Of a DNA stretch of 64,000 nucleotides, positions 36,589 to 49,837 are shown one piece after another. The first letter of the stretch is position 1, and every line of letters starts with the position of its first letter. The DNA comes from Eledone cirrhosa. Taxonomy: Eukaryota. The position numbers and the translations under genes are program-made. Below the pieces are notes generated by a model. It made no database searches and was not told the DNA's origin. It saw only the letters and a program-made list of their open reading frames with translations. The stretch covers positions 163,494,001 through 163,558,000 of the forward strand of contig OZ024743.1 of assembly GCA_964016885.1 (NCBI GenBank). The letters run 5' to 3'.

Positions 36589-37642
36589 GTAAGATTTTAT
36601 TTCCTATTCTCTATTCTTTCGTCATGGAGAAAGAGAAGATCAAGAAAGACATGGCTAAAGGAGGAGGAAGTAAGTCAGGAGGTTGAAGTGGGAATGCAGA
36701 TGATAAAGCAAAACAAAGAAGCTTGTCATTGAACCTGCGAGGCTAACCCTTCCTTTAGCAAGGAAGATGGCTTTAAAATGCTTATGGTGTTGATGGGATT
36801 AGAGCCAGTGATGAATGCTATGAAGAGAAATGGAATGAGATGGGTCTTGTGTTGAGGAAGGGTGAAAGTGGGTGGGTGAAAGGAATGATAAAAATGAATG
36901 TGGAAGGGGAATTGGTCTAAACCCTTCCTAATCGTATTTCTCATAAAATACACTATTTGAATTAATGAAGAATCCTGAGGTATTTATTATTATTAACGTG
37001 GCATTTGTAATATAACAAAAAGTTTTTATAACAATTTATGTGAGAGATTTTAATTTTAATAGAAACCTTTTAAAATAGGTGGTTTTGTCTCAAAACCAGA
37101 GTTGGTTTGGGGTGGGTTGATATCAAAAGTTTTAAAATGCTTGTTGTCTCTTTTCTCCTTTCAACCAAAACTATTACCACAACATAGATGTGGGATGTTT
37201 TGGTTTTCTATGGTATATATGAACAGAACAAAACCTTCTTAAATGAATGCACAATATTTATAGCTGGCTTTCTTCTATGCATATAATGTGTGTGCTCATA
37301 TAAATGTGTATTTGACTAGCCTGGAGTTATATTATATCAAAAACTCCATATAGGACTGTGAAACATAACAATTAAACTAAGTATTGTGGTTTTCATTGGA
37401 GTTCAGTGACAGAATACAAGACTTCTCCCGGGACAGAATGCTTGTTCATCGCAGGATTAACTTTTTTAGCTGAGGGTACAGAAGCAACGTGAAATGAAGT
37501 GTTTTGCTCAAGAACACAAAACATCACCCTGTCCAGGAATCAAATCTACAACATGATGATTGCAAGTCCAACATCCTAACCACTATGTGTGTCTGTGTGT
37601 ATTTATGTTTATTAATTATTTATTTTTTCATTTATTTTTCAG

Positions 37643-37868
37643 ATAGTGAGATTTCCCCAACTACAGTGACTAGTTGTTTATTTGCTTCAGGCAGTAAAGA
37701 CCAGAAAATCTGTATTTGGAGTTCTACAAAAGACTATTGTTTAACTTCAATCTCCCTACCAAATAATGTTGGTACAAAACGAGAGAAGTTATCAGAAACT
37801 GTGCGGCTGTGGGTAGCTTTACACTGGCCTCGAAAAAATCCTCACTCTTTAGTTTCTTCTGCATTTTC
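37643..37868 (+). CDS. GEMIN5: GEMIN5 exon 4
   Basis: ASGSKDQKICIWS...RLWVALHWP...LVSSAF; phase 1-2. Confidence 0.92.
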
Positions 37869-38843
37869 GTAAGTAGGATTCTGACTATCTTGTTATCTTA
37901 GTTTAATCTTTTTGTGATTAGTGGTTAGGGTGTTTGACTCACAATCACAAAGTCATGGGTTCAAGTCCTGGACTTGGTGGTGCATTGTGTTTATGAGCAA
38001 GATACTTCATCTTGTGTTGCTTTTCATAGGAATGGAGCTTGTATCATTGAAACACCCCAGAAACCTTCTCTAAGATGCAATCTCTTAGGAGGCCAGCTGA
38101 ACCTTCATTTCGTATTCCTTATGAAATACACTCTCTTTCAATTAATTAATGAAAAATTTGGAGGGATTTGCTAAAATTATTATTTGATTATTAAAATGGT
38201 ATTTATAACAATTTAACAAAACGTTATTCTATCAAATTATGTTGGAAGATTTTAATTTAAATTGGAACCTTTTGAAATAGATTGCTTTGTTTCATAGAGC
38301 CAGAGGTGTGTTGTTATCAAAAGGGTTAATCAAACATGATCTTGTTCTTTCCCTGAAAATTACATTAAAGGCACATGTTATTTCATGAGTGGGCTGTTCC
38401 TTTGATCACACTGGAACATTCATCGTTAAAACTGATGAAGGTCTATTCCTCATCTCACAACTGGTGACTATGGCAGGATTTGAACACCAGCACAAAGAGC
38501 CAGAACAAATATTGCAGGTCATTTTGTTCTATGCTCAAATGTATATGTCTATGCCTGTATATTGTTCATTTCAGTTCAGTTACAGTACTTTGAATACATT
38601 CAGCATCATCGTTTTAACTTGCATGGGTTGGACAGGTTTTCTCCACCTACTGTGTACTTTTTGTTCTCCCCTATGAGGTTCAGGAGTTTGAGATCAAGTT
38701 TAACCACTTCAGTCCAGGTTTTATTTGGTCATTCACTTTAAAAGCATGCTTCCACTGATCTCATGGCACTTCTTCACCTATCCATAGATTTATATCTCAT
38801 TATTCACTGCATATTATATTTATTGTTGTTTTTATCATTTCAG

Positions 38844-39000
38844 AGGTGTGATGTTAAAGTGGGATCTTAGTTGTCCTGGGAAGAAGAAGTTTGTTCTTTT
38901 CAGTGCACCATCAAATTGTTCCCATAATCGTATTGTTTTTAATATTACTTCACTTGGGCTTGACTACAACCTCTTGCTGACTAATTCACAAGATAGAAAT
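38844..39000 (+). CDS. GEMIN5: GEMIN5 exon 5
   Basis: KWDL...HNRIVFN...LLTNSQDRN; phase 2-0; gtgagt donor. Confidence 0.92.
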
Positions 39001-39639
39001 GTGAGTACATTTTCATTGTTGTTATTGTGTTAACGTTTAACATTTTAGAATGATTTAACAGAAAATATTTTTAAATGGGCCTGTTAATTCAAATGTTTAA
39101 AGTATCTTTATTAGTAGACAGATTGTTGTGAAAAATTTGCAGTATTAAAGGCTCAAAATTTTTATGTGATGCAATCAGAGTTTTGTTTTGTACGTTTCCA
39201 GAATGTCTTGCTAATTTAGTTTCATGTGATTTGTTAATTTGAATATCTATAGTATCTTTACTGGTGGACAAATCATTGTGAAAATTTGGAGTAAACTAAA
39301 GACTTGAATTTTTTAATATGAAGTAGTCATAGTGCAGTTTTTTCCTTTTCAAGAATATCTTGCTAATGCAGTTTCATGTGGTACAGAACGTTTAGTGATA
39401 ATACTGTTATTAGTAAAATAACGGTTTTGATCCCAGATCAACTCTGATCATTTAGTGTATTTTCAGGCATGGTGCCTCTATAACTATAGTACATAATGTA
39501 CCACTCCCTTTCCTTTAAGACAGTAGGGTGTGATTTTAAGGAGATTTGAATACTATTTCTAGAGTGTTGGAAGACCACAAGACAACTATTTCAGGTTCCT
39601 GCCTTCTTTCTTACTTATGAATTTTTGTATCACCTTTGC

Positions 39640-40530
39640 CATTTTAGAACTTTACAATGATACTGTTGCGCCAGTCATTAAGTATGATACCAACCTGTAC
39701 TACTTGATTTACCATGCACCTGATTAGCTTGTAACCTACCATGTCGGATAGCCTGGCAGCCTACTCTACTAACATGTTCTTAATTGCTTTGTCTATCACT
39801 ATACTGTCAACCTCTATGGCTGGTCCCTCAGGTGGTTCTACATGTGTAAGTCTTCACTCTGCATTTCTCTTTCTTTTCAATGTTAGTCAGAGTAAGTACT
39901 CTACTATTGTTTCAAACACTTTTCTCCAGCCACATCATGACTTTCCCTGGCACACTGTCTCACAATTCAAAACATTTCACTGCCTCTAATACTCATGTAG
40001 ATGTGCAAACATCTTTTCTGCTTCTCCCCTTGCTAAGTTTGCCTGTCATTTAATCTTTCTTCTAGCTATTAAGCATTGCTCTCTGTGTCTAACTTTCCCC
40101 CAGTCTTTCCAGGTATGTCTCTTGGCTTTTGTTGCCATATCTACCCTATCAATCTACTGCCATGTAGGCTGGGAACTTGCAGCCTTTGATCTGGTCTGTG
40201 ACCTTCAGAAGATTGTTACTTAGAAATCTCCATTTTCTCTTCCTTACTGATAATCAATTTGTGTTGAAAGGTACATTCTTCACCCGGAAAAGATTTGGCA
40301 TTTATGACCATTCATCTGTCCCATTTCCTTGTGAGGATGTAGTCTATCTGGTTGGTAGGTGATCATGTGGTTGGCTGGTTTCTTAAAGTTTGTGTTGTAG
40401 ATGGTTTGGTTGAGGGCATCACAAAACTCCAGAAGCCTTGAGCACTTCTTATTTCATGAACTCTACCCATAGCCTCCATGCACACTGAGAAAACCATTGT
40501 GGTGTTTCCCAAGATGTCCATTGTAGTCAT
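39640..40530 (-). pseudogene. Highly degenerate RTE LINE fragment
   Basis: Remnants of DYNGHLG, LLEFCD, NTNFKKP, GEECTF on the minus strand. Confidence 0.6.
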
Positions 40531-41598
40531 ATAATTATAAACTACATAAAGTAAAAAAAGGGGACTTATAAGATTGGGAACGAATCAAGCTTTCCTCAGG
40601 AAATGAGGTGAAGGGATGGGTTAAGGTGGGTTAGAAATATTTTTAGGCGCTAATGAAGCAATTTTAATAAGAAAATATATTTTGTAAATGAGATTGCTAC
40701 CTAACAACTTAACAGGGTAAATACATTTCATAAGTAGATTAATTTTTCTCCATGCAAGCGTGGAATATGGACGTTAAACGATGATGATGATAACTAACTA
40801 CAACTTAACAGAAGATAGAGATTTTGATTCTCTGTAGTAACTGCTGCTCACTTATTTTTTGTTTTTAAGGTTATTTTACCTGATTTTCTAATGCTATTAT
40901 CATTGTAGTTATTCTGTGTTTGGATTTTAACATATTCAAATATCAAATCACCCAAAAGCTGTTATATATAGTTCCTAATTTGGACAGAAAATATTGTCAG
41001 CTGCCATTAGGCTGGAATTGAAGAGATATAGTGCTGGCTACATATTGTTTGTCCCTAAGAGTATTTTACCTGATTTTCTGACACTATTATCACTGTTGGA
41101 ATTCCACTGTTTTCAGAAGGTAAAATTTTGTGAACAGAAGTCAAATATTTTGTAAACATAACTATCTAACAACTTCACAGAAGTTAATGAATTTCACATA
41201 TAGAAAATTTAGCTGAGGTGGTTGTTACATAGTAACCTAATTTTTTTTAAGACTCTATAAAATTTTATATATTATATATTAATAAATGAACTAGTGAAAA
41301 CAACTTCTACTTCCCTTGGATTACTTTCGGATTTGGGAGCCATTAAATACGGACTATCTTCATTCGTGGTTCATGTAATTGAAATTTTGGTAGATGGAAA
41401 TTGCAGAAGCCATATCTATATATATATACCATATTCTATGTGCAACCGCCGCCCCCCTTATGTAGTGTTTTCACTCTGGGTTCAGGTTTTCATGGTCCCA
41501 TGTTCAAATCTTGTCTCATTGAGTGTGTAATGAGAACAACTTGGGCCATAATGAATATAATTCCTTTGGCTGTGATTACCTATAAATATATATATTCA

Positions 41599-41930
41599 GA
41601 GGCACATGGCTTAGTGGTTAGAGCATTGACCTTGCAATCGAAAGGTTGTGAGTTCAATTCTAAGACTGGGTGATGTGTTGTTTCCTTGAGCAAGACACTT
41701 TATTTCACATTGCTCCAGTTTACTCAGCTGTAGAAATGAGATGATAGGACTGGGGTCCTTATCATTCCACTGTATAGTGGTCGTGGAGGTGCCACGGCAA
41801 AAAAGTACCCAGCACACTGTAAATGAGGTTGGTGTTAGGAAGGGCATCCAGCTGTAGAAATCAAGCCAGAATCAGTTCCCGTCCCACCCTTGCAAGCAGG
41901 GAAAAGCGGACGTAAAATGCTGATGATGAT
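41599..41930 (+). mobile_element. tRNA-head SINE with RTE-derived 3' tail
   Basis: A box tggcttagtgg, B box gagttcaattc, core ccttgagcaagacactt, tail shared with RTE 3'UTR, gatgat end. Confidence 0.85.
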
Positions 41931-42159
41931 TTGGATAATACAGTCCGTGTGGGAGAGCAATTACTACAAATAAAACAAAACAAGACTGCTCAAAACAGAT
42001 GTGTTCCATAAGACAGGTGAAGCCAGCTAGGCTATAATAAAATGAATAGACTCAACATATAATAAAATGAATCAGCACAGAGCAGATGTGGGCTCCATAA
42101 GCCATGCAGAAAGCAGCCCATCTTGGAGGGTAGAGTAAGTGACAGAATTATCAAACTTA

Positions 42160-44247
42160 CTGATACTGATAAGAAGGTAGCTTGGAAGTGTAACTACGAG
42201 AGACTACTAAATGAGGAGAATAAATGGAAAAAAGATAGTCTGCCCCAAATCGATCCAATAGAGGGACCAGCAGTGAAGTTAAAGGTAGTAAAATAAGTAA
42301 GACAATCAAAGATATGAAGACAGGCAAGGCAGCTGGGCTTTCGGAGATAGTTGCTGAGATGTTGAAAGCATCTGGAATGGTGGTAAATACTATGGTCACC
42401 CGGATAGTAAACCAAGTAGTACAGAATGGGGTCATACCAAATGACTGGCGTAGCAGCAGCATCATTAACTGCTACAAGGGTAAAGGAGATGCTCTAGATA
42501 GGGGAAACTATAGAGGCATTAAGTTAGTTGACCAGGTCATGAAGGTCACAGAAAGAGTTATAGCACAACTAATCAGAGATCGAATTGATCTAGATGAAAT
42601 GCAGTTTGGGTTTGTGTCAGGCAAAAGTACCACAGACGCTCTTTTCATTGTACGACAACTACAGGAGAAATACCTAGCTAAAAGTAAACCCCTATACTTA
42701 GCTTTCGTTGACTTGGAGAAAGCATTTGACAGAGTCCCCCACTCCATTATCTGGTGGGCTCTTAGAAATTAGGTGTAGATGAATGGCTTGTGAGAGCTAT
42801 ACAAGCCATGTATAAAGAAACAATCAGCAAGGTTAGAATTAACAACGAATATAGTGGAGAATTTAGCGTAAAAGTTGGTGTTCATCAAGGCTCTGTCCTT
42901 AGCCCCCTCCTATTTATTATTGCCCTCCAGGCTATAACAGGAGTTTAAGACCGGCTGCCCATGGGAACTTCTATACGCAGATGATCTAACTCACATAGCT
43001 GAATCAATGGCTGAACTAGAGAAGAAATTCCAAACATGGAAGCATGGCCTAGAATCAAAAGGCCTTAAAGTTAACTTGTCTAAGACTAAAGTTCTAGTAT
43101 GTAGAAAGGAAAATAGGGCACAGGTGCCCTCTGGGAAATGGCCATGCTCAGTGTGTAGGAAAGGAGTAGGTAGAAATTCCATTTTATGTCCCAAATGCAA
43201 ACGATAGGTATATAAAAGATGTAGTGGGAATACAGGTAAGCTATCTAAGAAGGTAGATTTTATATATGGCCCATGCTCAGGTGCAATAAGTAGCAAGAGC
43301 CCACAGGATAGTAGCTCCTTCTATTGCTCAGATGGTTCTATAGAAATAGTGGACACTTTCCGTTACCTGGATGACAAAATCAGCAGTGGTGGAGGGTGCT
43401 CTGAAAGTACAGTAGCCAGAGTCAGAACGGGATGGAAAAAGTTCAGAGAGCTGTTGGCAACAAAAGGTTTCTCTCTAAAAATGAAAGGCAGATTGTATGA
43501 TGCCTGTATACGAACAGCAATGCTACATGGCAGTGAGAGATGGGCATTGTGTGCAGAGGACCTGCGCAGACTGGAAAGTAATGAAGCATGCATGCCCCGT
43601 TGGATGTGTAATAGTAATATACACGAATGGCAAAACATAAATGAACTAAGTGAGAAATTAGGAATAAGAGGGATCAGATCCTGTTTACTTGAAAGAAGAC
43701 TACATTGGTATGGTCACGTGATGTGCATGAAAGGCGATTAAAATTAATGGAAGTTACAGAGTAGGTAGACCCAGAAAAACCTGGGATGATTTGATAAATT
43801 CCGACCTTACACACTTGCATCTCTCTAAGACAATGTCACTGGACCGAGATCTTTGGCGCCACGCAGTAATACAGAAGACCCACCTTACCTATGTACAAAG
43901 CAAAGCCTACAGTCAGTAGGCACCTCTTAACCAAATATACACCCCAACCCACTACTACCCCTTCTCCATCCTCCCACTCCCACCAACACCACCCTTTCTC
44001 TGTAAAGTTATGTTGGTACCACATCCAGTCCAAACTAATTAGGTCGTGTAGGTGTCACAACAAAAAAAACACAGTTCACGCTGTAATGTGGTTGGTGTTA
44101 GGAAGGGCATCCAGCCGTAGAAAACCTGCCAGATAGTCCTATACGAGTGAGACACGGTCACCCGACAATCTTGCCTCAAGTAGGACAATTCCTGTCTAAC
44201 CCATGCTAGCGTGGAAGATAGACGTTAAACGTTGATGATGATGATGA
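42160..44247 (+). mobile_element. 5'-truncated RTE LINE nested in an older RTE
   Basis: NYRGIKL, QFGF, FVDLEKAFDRV, LYADD, PHD and RLHWYGHV motifs; (gat)n tail. Confidence 0.92.
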
Positions 44248-45235
44248 GAATAGTCATAGGCTATAGAATGACAACGATTATCTCTAGCCCTGCATCACAA
44301 GCAGGACTAAGTAAGGAACAATAGGACCACTTTTATAACACCTAAACACAATCCCAGCTACTGATGACAAAGTCCTTATCCTAGTAGGCAACTTTAATGG
44401 ACATGTTGGATAACACAAGGATGTCTACACTGGTGGATATGGTGGATATGGCTATGGCTAAAAAATGAAGAGGGACTGAGGCTCCTGGAATTCTGTGATG
44501 CAAATGATTTAACGATTTCCAATACTAACTTCAGGAACTGGCCAGCCACCTGATCACCTACCAGTCAGGTGAACACGTGGGCTGGATTGACTCTAAACTT
44601 GTTAGAAAACAAGATAGACAGATGGTTAGAAATATTAAGACCTTCTCAGGAGAAGAATGCACTGCCCAACATAAGTTAGCTATTAGAGACATCAAAATAA
44701 GCTCAAGACAAAAAAGGAAACAGGAAAATCTGGAGGAGGAGAGTTTGGAGTTTAAATGACCTTTCTGTTAAGTGTAGGTTTAAAAAAGCTTTATGTGAGG
44801 CATAAGAGGACAATTGGAAGTTCCTGCGTGATAACCTACTACAGACTACTGAAAAGATTGTGACTGGATCAAAGTACCAACCAGGCAGAGGGTGACCTGG
44901 TGGTAGAACAGCACAGGAGATAGAGCCATTAAAGGCAAGCATGATTCGATAGATGTGTAATGTTAATGTGAGAATGACAAAGCATGGATGAACTGAGGGA
45001 GAAACTAGGTATAAGAGGAATCAGAAGTAGTGTGCAGGAGAAGAGACTGCATTGGTATGGACATGTGATGCGCATAGATGATGAGCACTGGGTGAAGAAG
45101 TGTCAAGTAATTCCAGTGGAGGGAGGCCATGGAGGAGAGGAGAAAGAACTGTGACAAGTGCAGAGATCCTGTACTGAGAAGGCCTATCCAACCCTTGGAA
45201 GCATGGAACAATGGATGTAAAATGATAATGATGGT
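44248..45235 (+). pseudogene. Old RTE LINE fragments
   Basis: 44248-44930 closely matches 5797-6460; RT C-terminal remnant follows. Confidence 0.8.
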
Positions 45236-45240
45236 ATATA

Positions 45241-45813
45241 TGGTGGCTGCCAACTCGTTTTCGAGTACGGCCACTACTTTATATCCATGTAGGAGAACCC
45301 CTACCGATGCGCTGAACGAGTGTGACTTTTTAGTCCAGCCAGCGACTTGAAAACTCTGGTACAAACACTACACTTGTGACAATTACTGACACATAGTGCT
45401 GGGCCCATGGTACCATGTGACGACAAGTGCAGAGAGATCTCCAGATATAAAGCAATGCCTATGCCGTGAAGCTTTTATAGTGAGCAAAGGCACTGCACAA
45501 AGCCAGTCCCACTCTCTTAACCAAGATGATATTTACCAAAAAGAAGAACAAGTCAACATCATTGGATACCATCAGAGTTGCAGGTGTTATATCAGAGTTT
45601 TCCTTCTCCTAGAATTCTGCCTTGACAAAGGCTAAGGGGTCATCTCTCCCAGTGATTTTGGATGGCCATTGACTCTTAAGAGCTCCTTTGCCCTTTGACA
45701 GGTTTTGTTTTTAGTCCTGCAGGATGTCCAAAGTCACCCTCCTCACCAAGAAAACTTGGTGGGGTTGCCAGTTTAGTCGCCAACGACCCGACCATGAGAC
45801 AGGTTGTACTGGG
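45241..45813 (+). mobile_element. Unclassified 573-bp non-coding interspersed element in a (TA)n context
   Basis: Second highly similar copy, inverted, at 62455-62964 with the same 5' end. Confidence 0.8.
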
Positions 45814-45883
45814 ATATATATATATATATATATATATAAACAATGGCCTTACTAAATTTGTAACTCCCAATCTATATATGTGT

Positions 45884-47487
45884 CATCATCATCATCATCA
45901 TCATCATCATCACCGTTTTACGTCCGTTCTTCCACGCTAGCATGGGTTAGACGGGTTGTCCTGTTGTGTGCAGTGTCTGGTCGGCTGACCATGCCTTGCT
46001 CATACAGGAACTGATCTGGCTTGATTTCTACAGCTGGATGCCCTTCCTAACACCAACCTCATTTACAGTGAGTGCTGGGTGCTTTTTCGTGGCGCCTACA
46101 CGTCCACTTTACAGTGTGGTGCTTTTTTGTGGTGCTTTACAGTGGGTGCTTTTTTGCCGTGGCACCTCCACGACCACCTTGCGGTGGGGTGTGTGGGGGC
46201 ATATTGTTTATATGCTTCAGCATGTACCCATGGGAGGTTGGGTACTCTGTATTACTGCGTGACGCCAGAAGTCACGGTCGTGTGTCATTGTCTTTGAGAG
46301 GTGTAATTGGGTAAGGTCGGCTTATATCACCTCATCCCAGGTCATCTTGGGTCTCTCCACTCCGCGGTTTCCATCAACTTCTAGTGCTCTGCACCTTTTT
46401 ATGCAGCTGTCATCCTTCATACGCATCACATGTCCATACCAGCGCAACCGCCTCTCCTGCACACAGCATTTGATTCCTCTTATGCTCAGTCTCTCTCTCA
46501 ATTCATTTATGCTTTGTCGTTCACGTATATTACTGTTACACATCCATCGGAGCATGCAGGCTTCGTTTCTCTCTAATCTACGTAAGTCTTCCACCTTCAG
46601 CGCCCAGGTCTCACTACCATGCAACATCGCTGTTCGGATACACGCATCATACAGTCTGCCTTTCATTCTGAGGGAGAAGCCTTTTGCAGCTAGCAGTGGT
46701 AGTAGTTCCCTAAACTTCTTCCATCCTGTTCTTACCCTAGTTATTGTACTTTCTGAACACCCACCTCCGTTGCTAATTCGGTCACCTAGGTAGCAGAAGC
46801 TGTCTACTGTTTCTACAGGGCCCTCCCAGAGATTGGTGGTACTTGTTTCCTGTGGCTGTTTGCTGCTTGCTGTTTCAGCACAGCTGCTGCATGTGAATCC
46901 TACATTCTTAATTAAGCTTCCTGAGATCCCGCTACATCTCTTGTGTACCCATTGTTTGCATTTGGGGCAGAGAATGGAGTTCCTACCTACACCTTTCCTA
47001 CATACTGAGCAAGGCCGTTTCCCTGAGGGGATCTGGGTTCTGTTTTCTCGTCTACTTACAAGGACCTTAGTCTTTGTCATGTTGACTTTGAGACCCTTTC
47101 TCTCTAGTCCCTGCTTCCAGGTTTGGAATTTATTCTCTAGTTCTACCATAGATTCAGCTATGAGTGCGAGGTCATCAGCATACAGGAGTTCCCATGGGCA
47201 TCCGGTCTTAAACTCTTCCGTTATTGCCTGCAGGACTATGATGAACAGGAGAGGGCTAAGAACAGAGCCCTGGTGGACCCCAACCTGTACGCTAAATTCC
47301 TCGCTATACTCATTGCTAATCCTAACTTTGCTGACTGCTCCCCTATACATGGCTTGTACCGCTTTCACAAGCCATTCATCTACTCCTCGTTTTCTAAGAG
47401 CCCACCAGATTACAGCACGTGGAACTCTGTCAAAGGCTTTCTCAAGGTCGACAAATGCCAAGTAGAGTGGCTTACTTTTAGCTAGGT
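45884..47487 (-). mobile_element. 5'-truncated RTE LINE with an open RT C-terminal ORF (46322-47461)
   Basis: FVDLEKAFD, GVHQGSVLSPLLF, LYADD, PHD finger, RLRWYGHV; (gat)n tail. Confidence 0.93.
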
Positions 47488-47824
47488 AAATGTGTGTGTA
47501 TGTTTATGTCCTATGATAGAATAAATACCAAACTTGAAAAATTCTATATTGGGGTTATGATCAACTGAACCCCACCTGACCCCCACCCCTTTAAGGCAGT
47601 GCCTGAGCATGACCACAGTCTAATGACTAAAACAAGTAAAAGAATACAAGTGTGACATGAAGTTCACAAGCTGCACCCAGACTACTGGACTAGGAGGGAA
47701 CCAAATATGAATACAGATTGATACAGGGTTGAAGGGATTAATACTTGACTTGCTTTCCAGGGACTTCATAATTCTGTGTTTTTCTCTTCTAGTGAAATAT
47801 TATTTCTTCTCTTTTGATTTTCAG

Positions 47825-47921
47825 CTGATCTTTTGGGATGTGGATAAATGTAAAAGCATTCAAATTGTATCTACTTTTGGAGGTTTTGTTTATGATATAC
47901 ATGCTGTTCCATTGGACCCTG
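47825..47921 (+). CDS. GEMIN5: GEMIN5 exon 6
   Basis: LIFWDVDKCK...FGGFVYDIHAVPLDP; phase 0-1. Confidence 0.9.
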
Positions 47922-49724
47922 GTAAATGGCTTTTCTCACAGTTTCTAATATTGCTAATTTTAAAACTCCATCATAATTGTAGTGTAACAAACTATTTTAT
48001 TAAATCATTCCACAGTGATTATTTAACCCTTTAGCACTTACATTATTCTATATTTACTATTGTATTTTCACGGTAAACACTTTATTTCACATAATATCGA
48101 ATCTATGAGATTTTGATATTATTTATTTTGAGAACAAAACCTTAACATAAATATGAGCAACCCATTATGGCTGGTTTGAACAGAACAAATTTTGAAACGC
48201 ATAGTGGATTTCTAGTGACACTTGATATCAAAAGGGTTAACAGTTTTATTGCCATATTTCTAATGAAAGACACTACCTATGTGTTTCAAATAATTTTTTA
48301 AATAATTTTAAAAATTTAAAGGTATTTAGTAATATAACTAACTTCCTCCTTATTAAATTAGTGTTTGGAGTATAACTTAACAAATGGTCTTATAGAAATT
48401 ATGATGCATTTTAGATAAATATAAACACTGTAAAGTGGTTGACTCTAGAAAGGGCATCTGACTATAGAAACCACTTCAGACAGGAACATATGGGCAAGAT
48501 GTGGTCATCTGACCTGTTTAGTCTAGAATGTCACAATCCTTCCAACACATGCAAGCATGCTACAAGTACGTGAAACTGATGATGATGATAAAAGACTTTA
48601 AAATATACAGTTTTATATCATAAAACCAATGCTAGATTTAGTCAGTTTGATAGCAAAAGGGTTATTGCAGCATCATGGTTCTTCACTTTATAAATGCCCA
48701 TGGTTATAATGGGATTTTCTTTTTCTTTTTTTTTTTATTTAATCAGGAAGAAGGAGGGGAGGACCTTTTAGTTGTGTCAAGGAAATGTTGGTGTTTTACA
48801 CAATAAACGCACCCAGTACATGTTGTAAAGTGGTTGGTGATAGGAAGGGCATCTTGCCATAGAGAACTCGCCAGACAAAGAGTTGGGAGGACCCTCAGTT
48901 GTGTCGAAGATATGACAGCTTCACATGAGCACTCGATGGAAAGTGAGACCGTACATAAACAAGACACATATCCCTGGCCTGTCTGAGAGATCAGTGGCTC
49001 CGCAATGATGATAATGGGCAGTGCCCATGGTCCTTTACAGAAGCATTGTAATGTGTGCCATAGAAATTAACATAATGACCTGCATGCTGCATGCTGTCCC
49101 ATGTTGAACATATACTATTTCTGACATGACTTTATTAAAGTTGAAATTGCATATGAGGTTGAGAGGTCTCTTCAGTTGTGTCAAGAGCATGCCAACCTCC
49201 CTAGTACTGGTTCCATGATAAAATGCACACAGTGCATTCTGTAAAATCAAGTAATATATGTAAACAAGATGTGGCTTTCAGCCGATCTCAGAGGTCAGTA
49301 ACATCATGTAAGTTCTGACTTGGTCTGTAACAACTCATCCAACCTATGCTAGCATGGAAAGTAGACGTTAAATAATATTGATGATGAATTTTTATATACA
49401 GACGTGCATGACAAAATAAGAGCAGGTTTTAAATGTATATATATATAAAGTGGCTGGTAATAGAAAACTTTCTAAACAATAAATCATGAGGACTCATCAG
49501 TTATATCAAAGACACAACAACCTCCCTAATGTGGGTAGCATGATGGAACACACCCAGTCACTCTGTAAAGTGTGAAAATGTATGTAAACTAGATGCAACC
49601 CCTGCTTGTCTATGAGGTCATTGGTATCAATTACATATTTACTTGGTCTGTGACAACCCATCCAACCCCTGGCAGCAGGGAAACTGGACGTTAAATGATA
49701 ATTTTATTTGTTGTTTTTTTACAG

Positions 49725-49837
49725 GACGAATTGCACTTGGGGTTGGTGATAATACTATTAGAATTTGGAACCGTACCAAAGAGTCTAACCGATTTCTTGT
49801 ACAAATTTGGCAGAAAATTAAATCCAAAGTAACTGTG
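49725..49837 (+). CDS. GEMIN5: GEMIN5 exon 7
   Basis: IALGVGDNTIRIWN...WQKIKSKVT matches recalled human LAIGVGDGMIRVWN...WQGVKSKVT; phase 1-0. Confidence 0.93.

Noticed and set aside
41599-41670. tRNA-like sequence with A and B boxes
   Set aside because: Acceptor and anticodon stems do not pair and it runs into a SINE core, so it is a SINE head
45396-45635. 79-aa ORF conserved in both copies of the 573-bp element
   Set aside because: GTG start and no motif; conservation is explained by recent duplication
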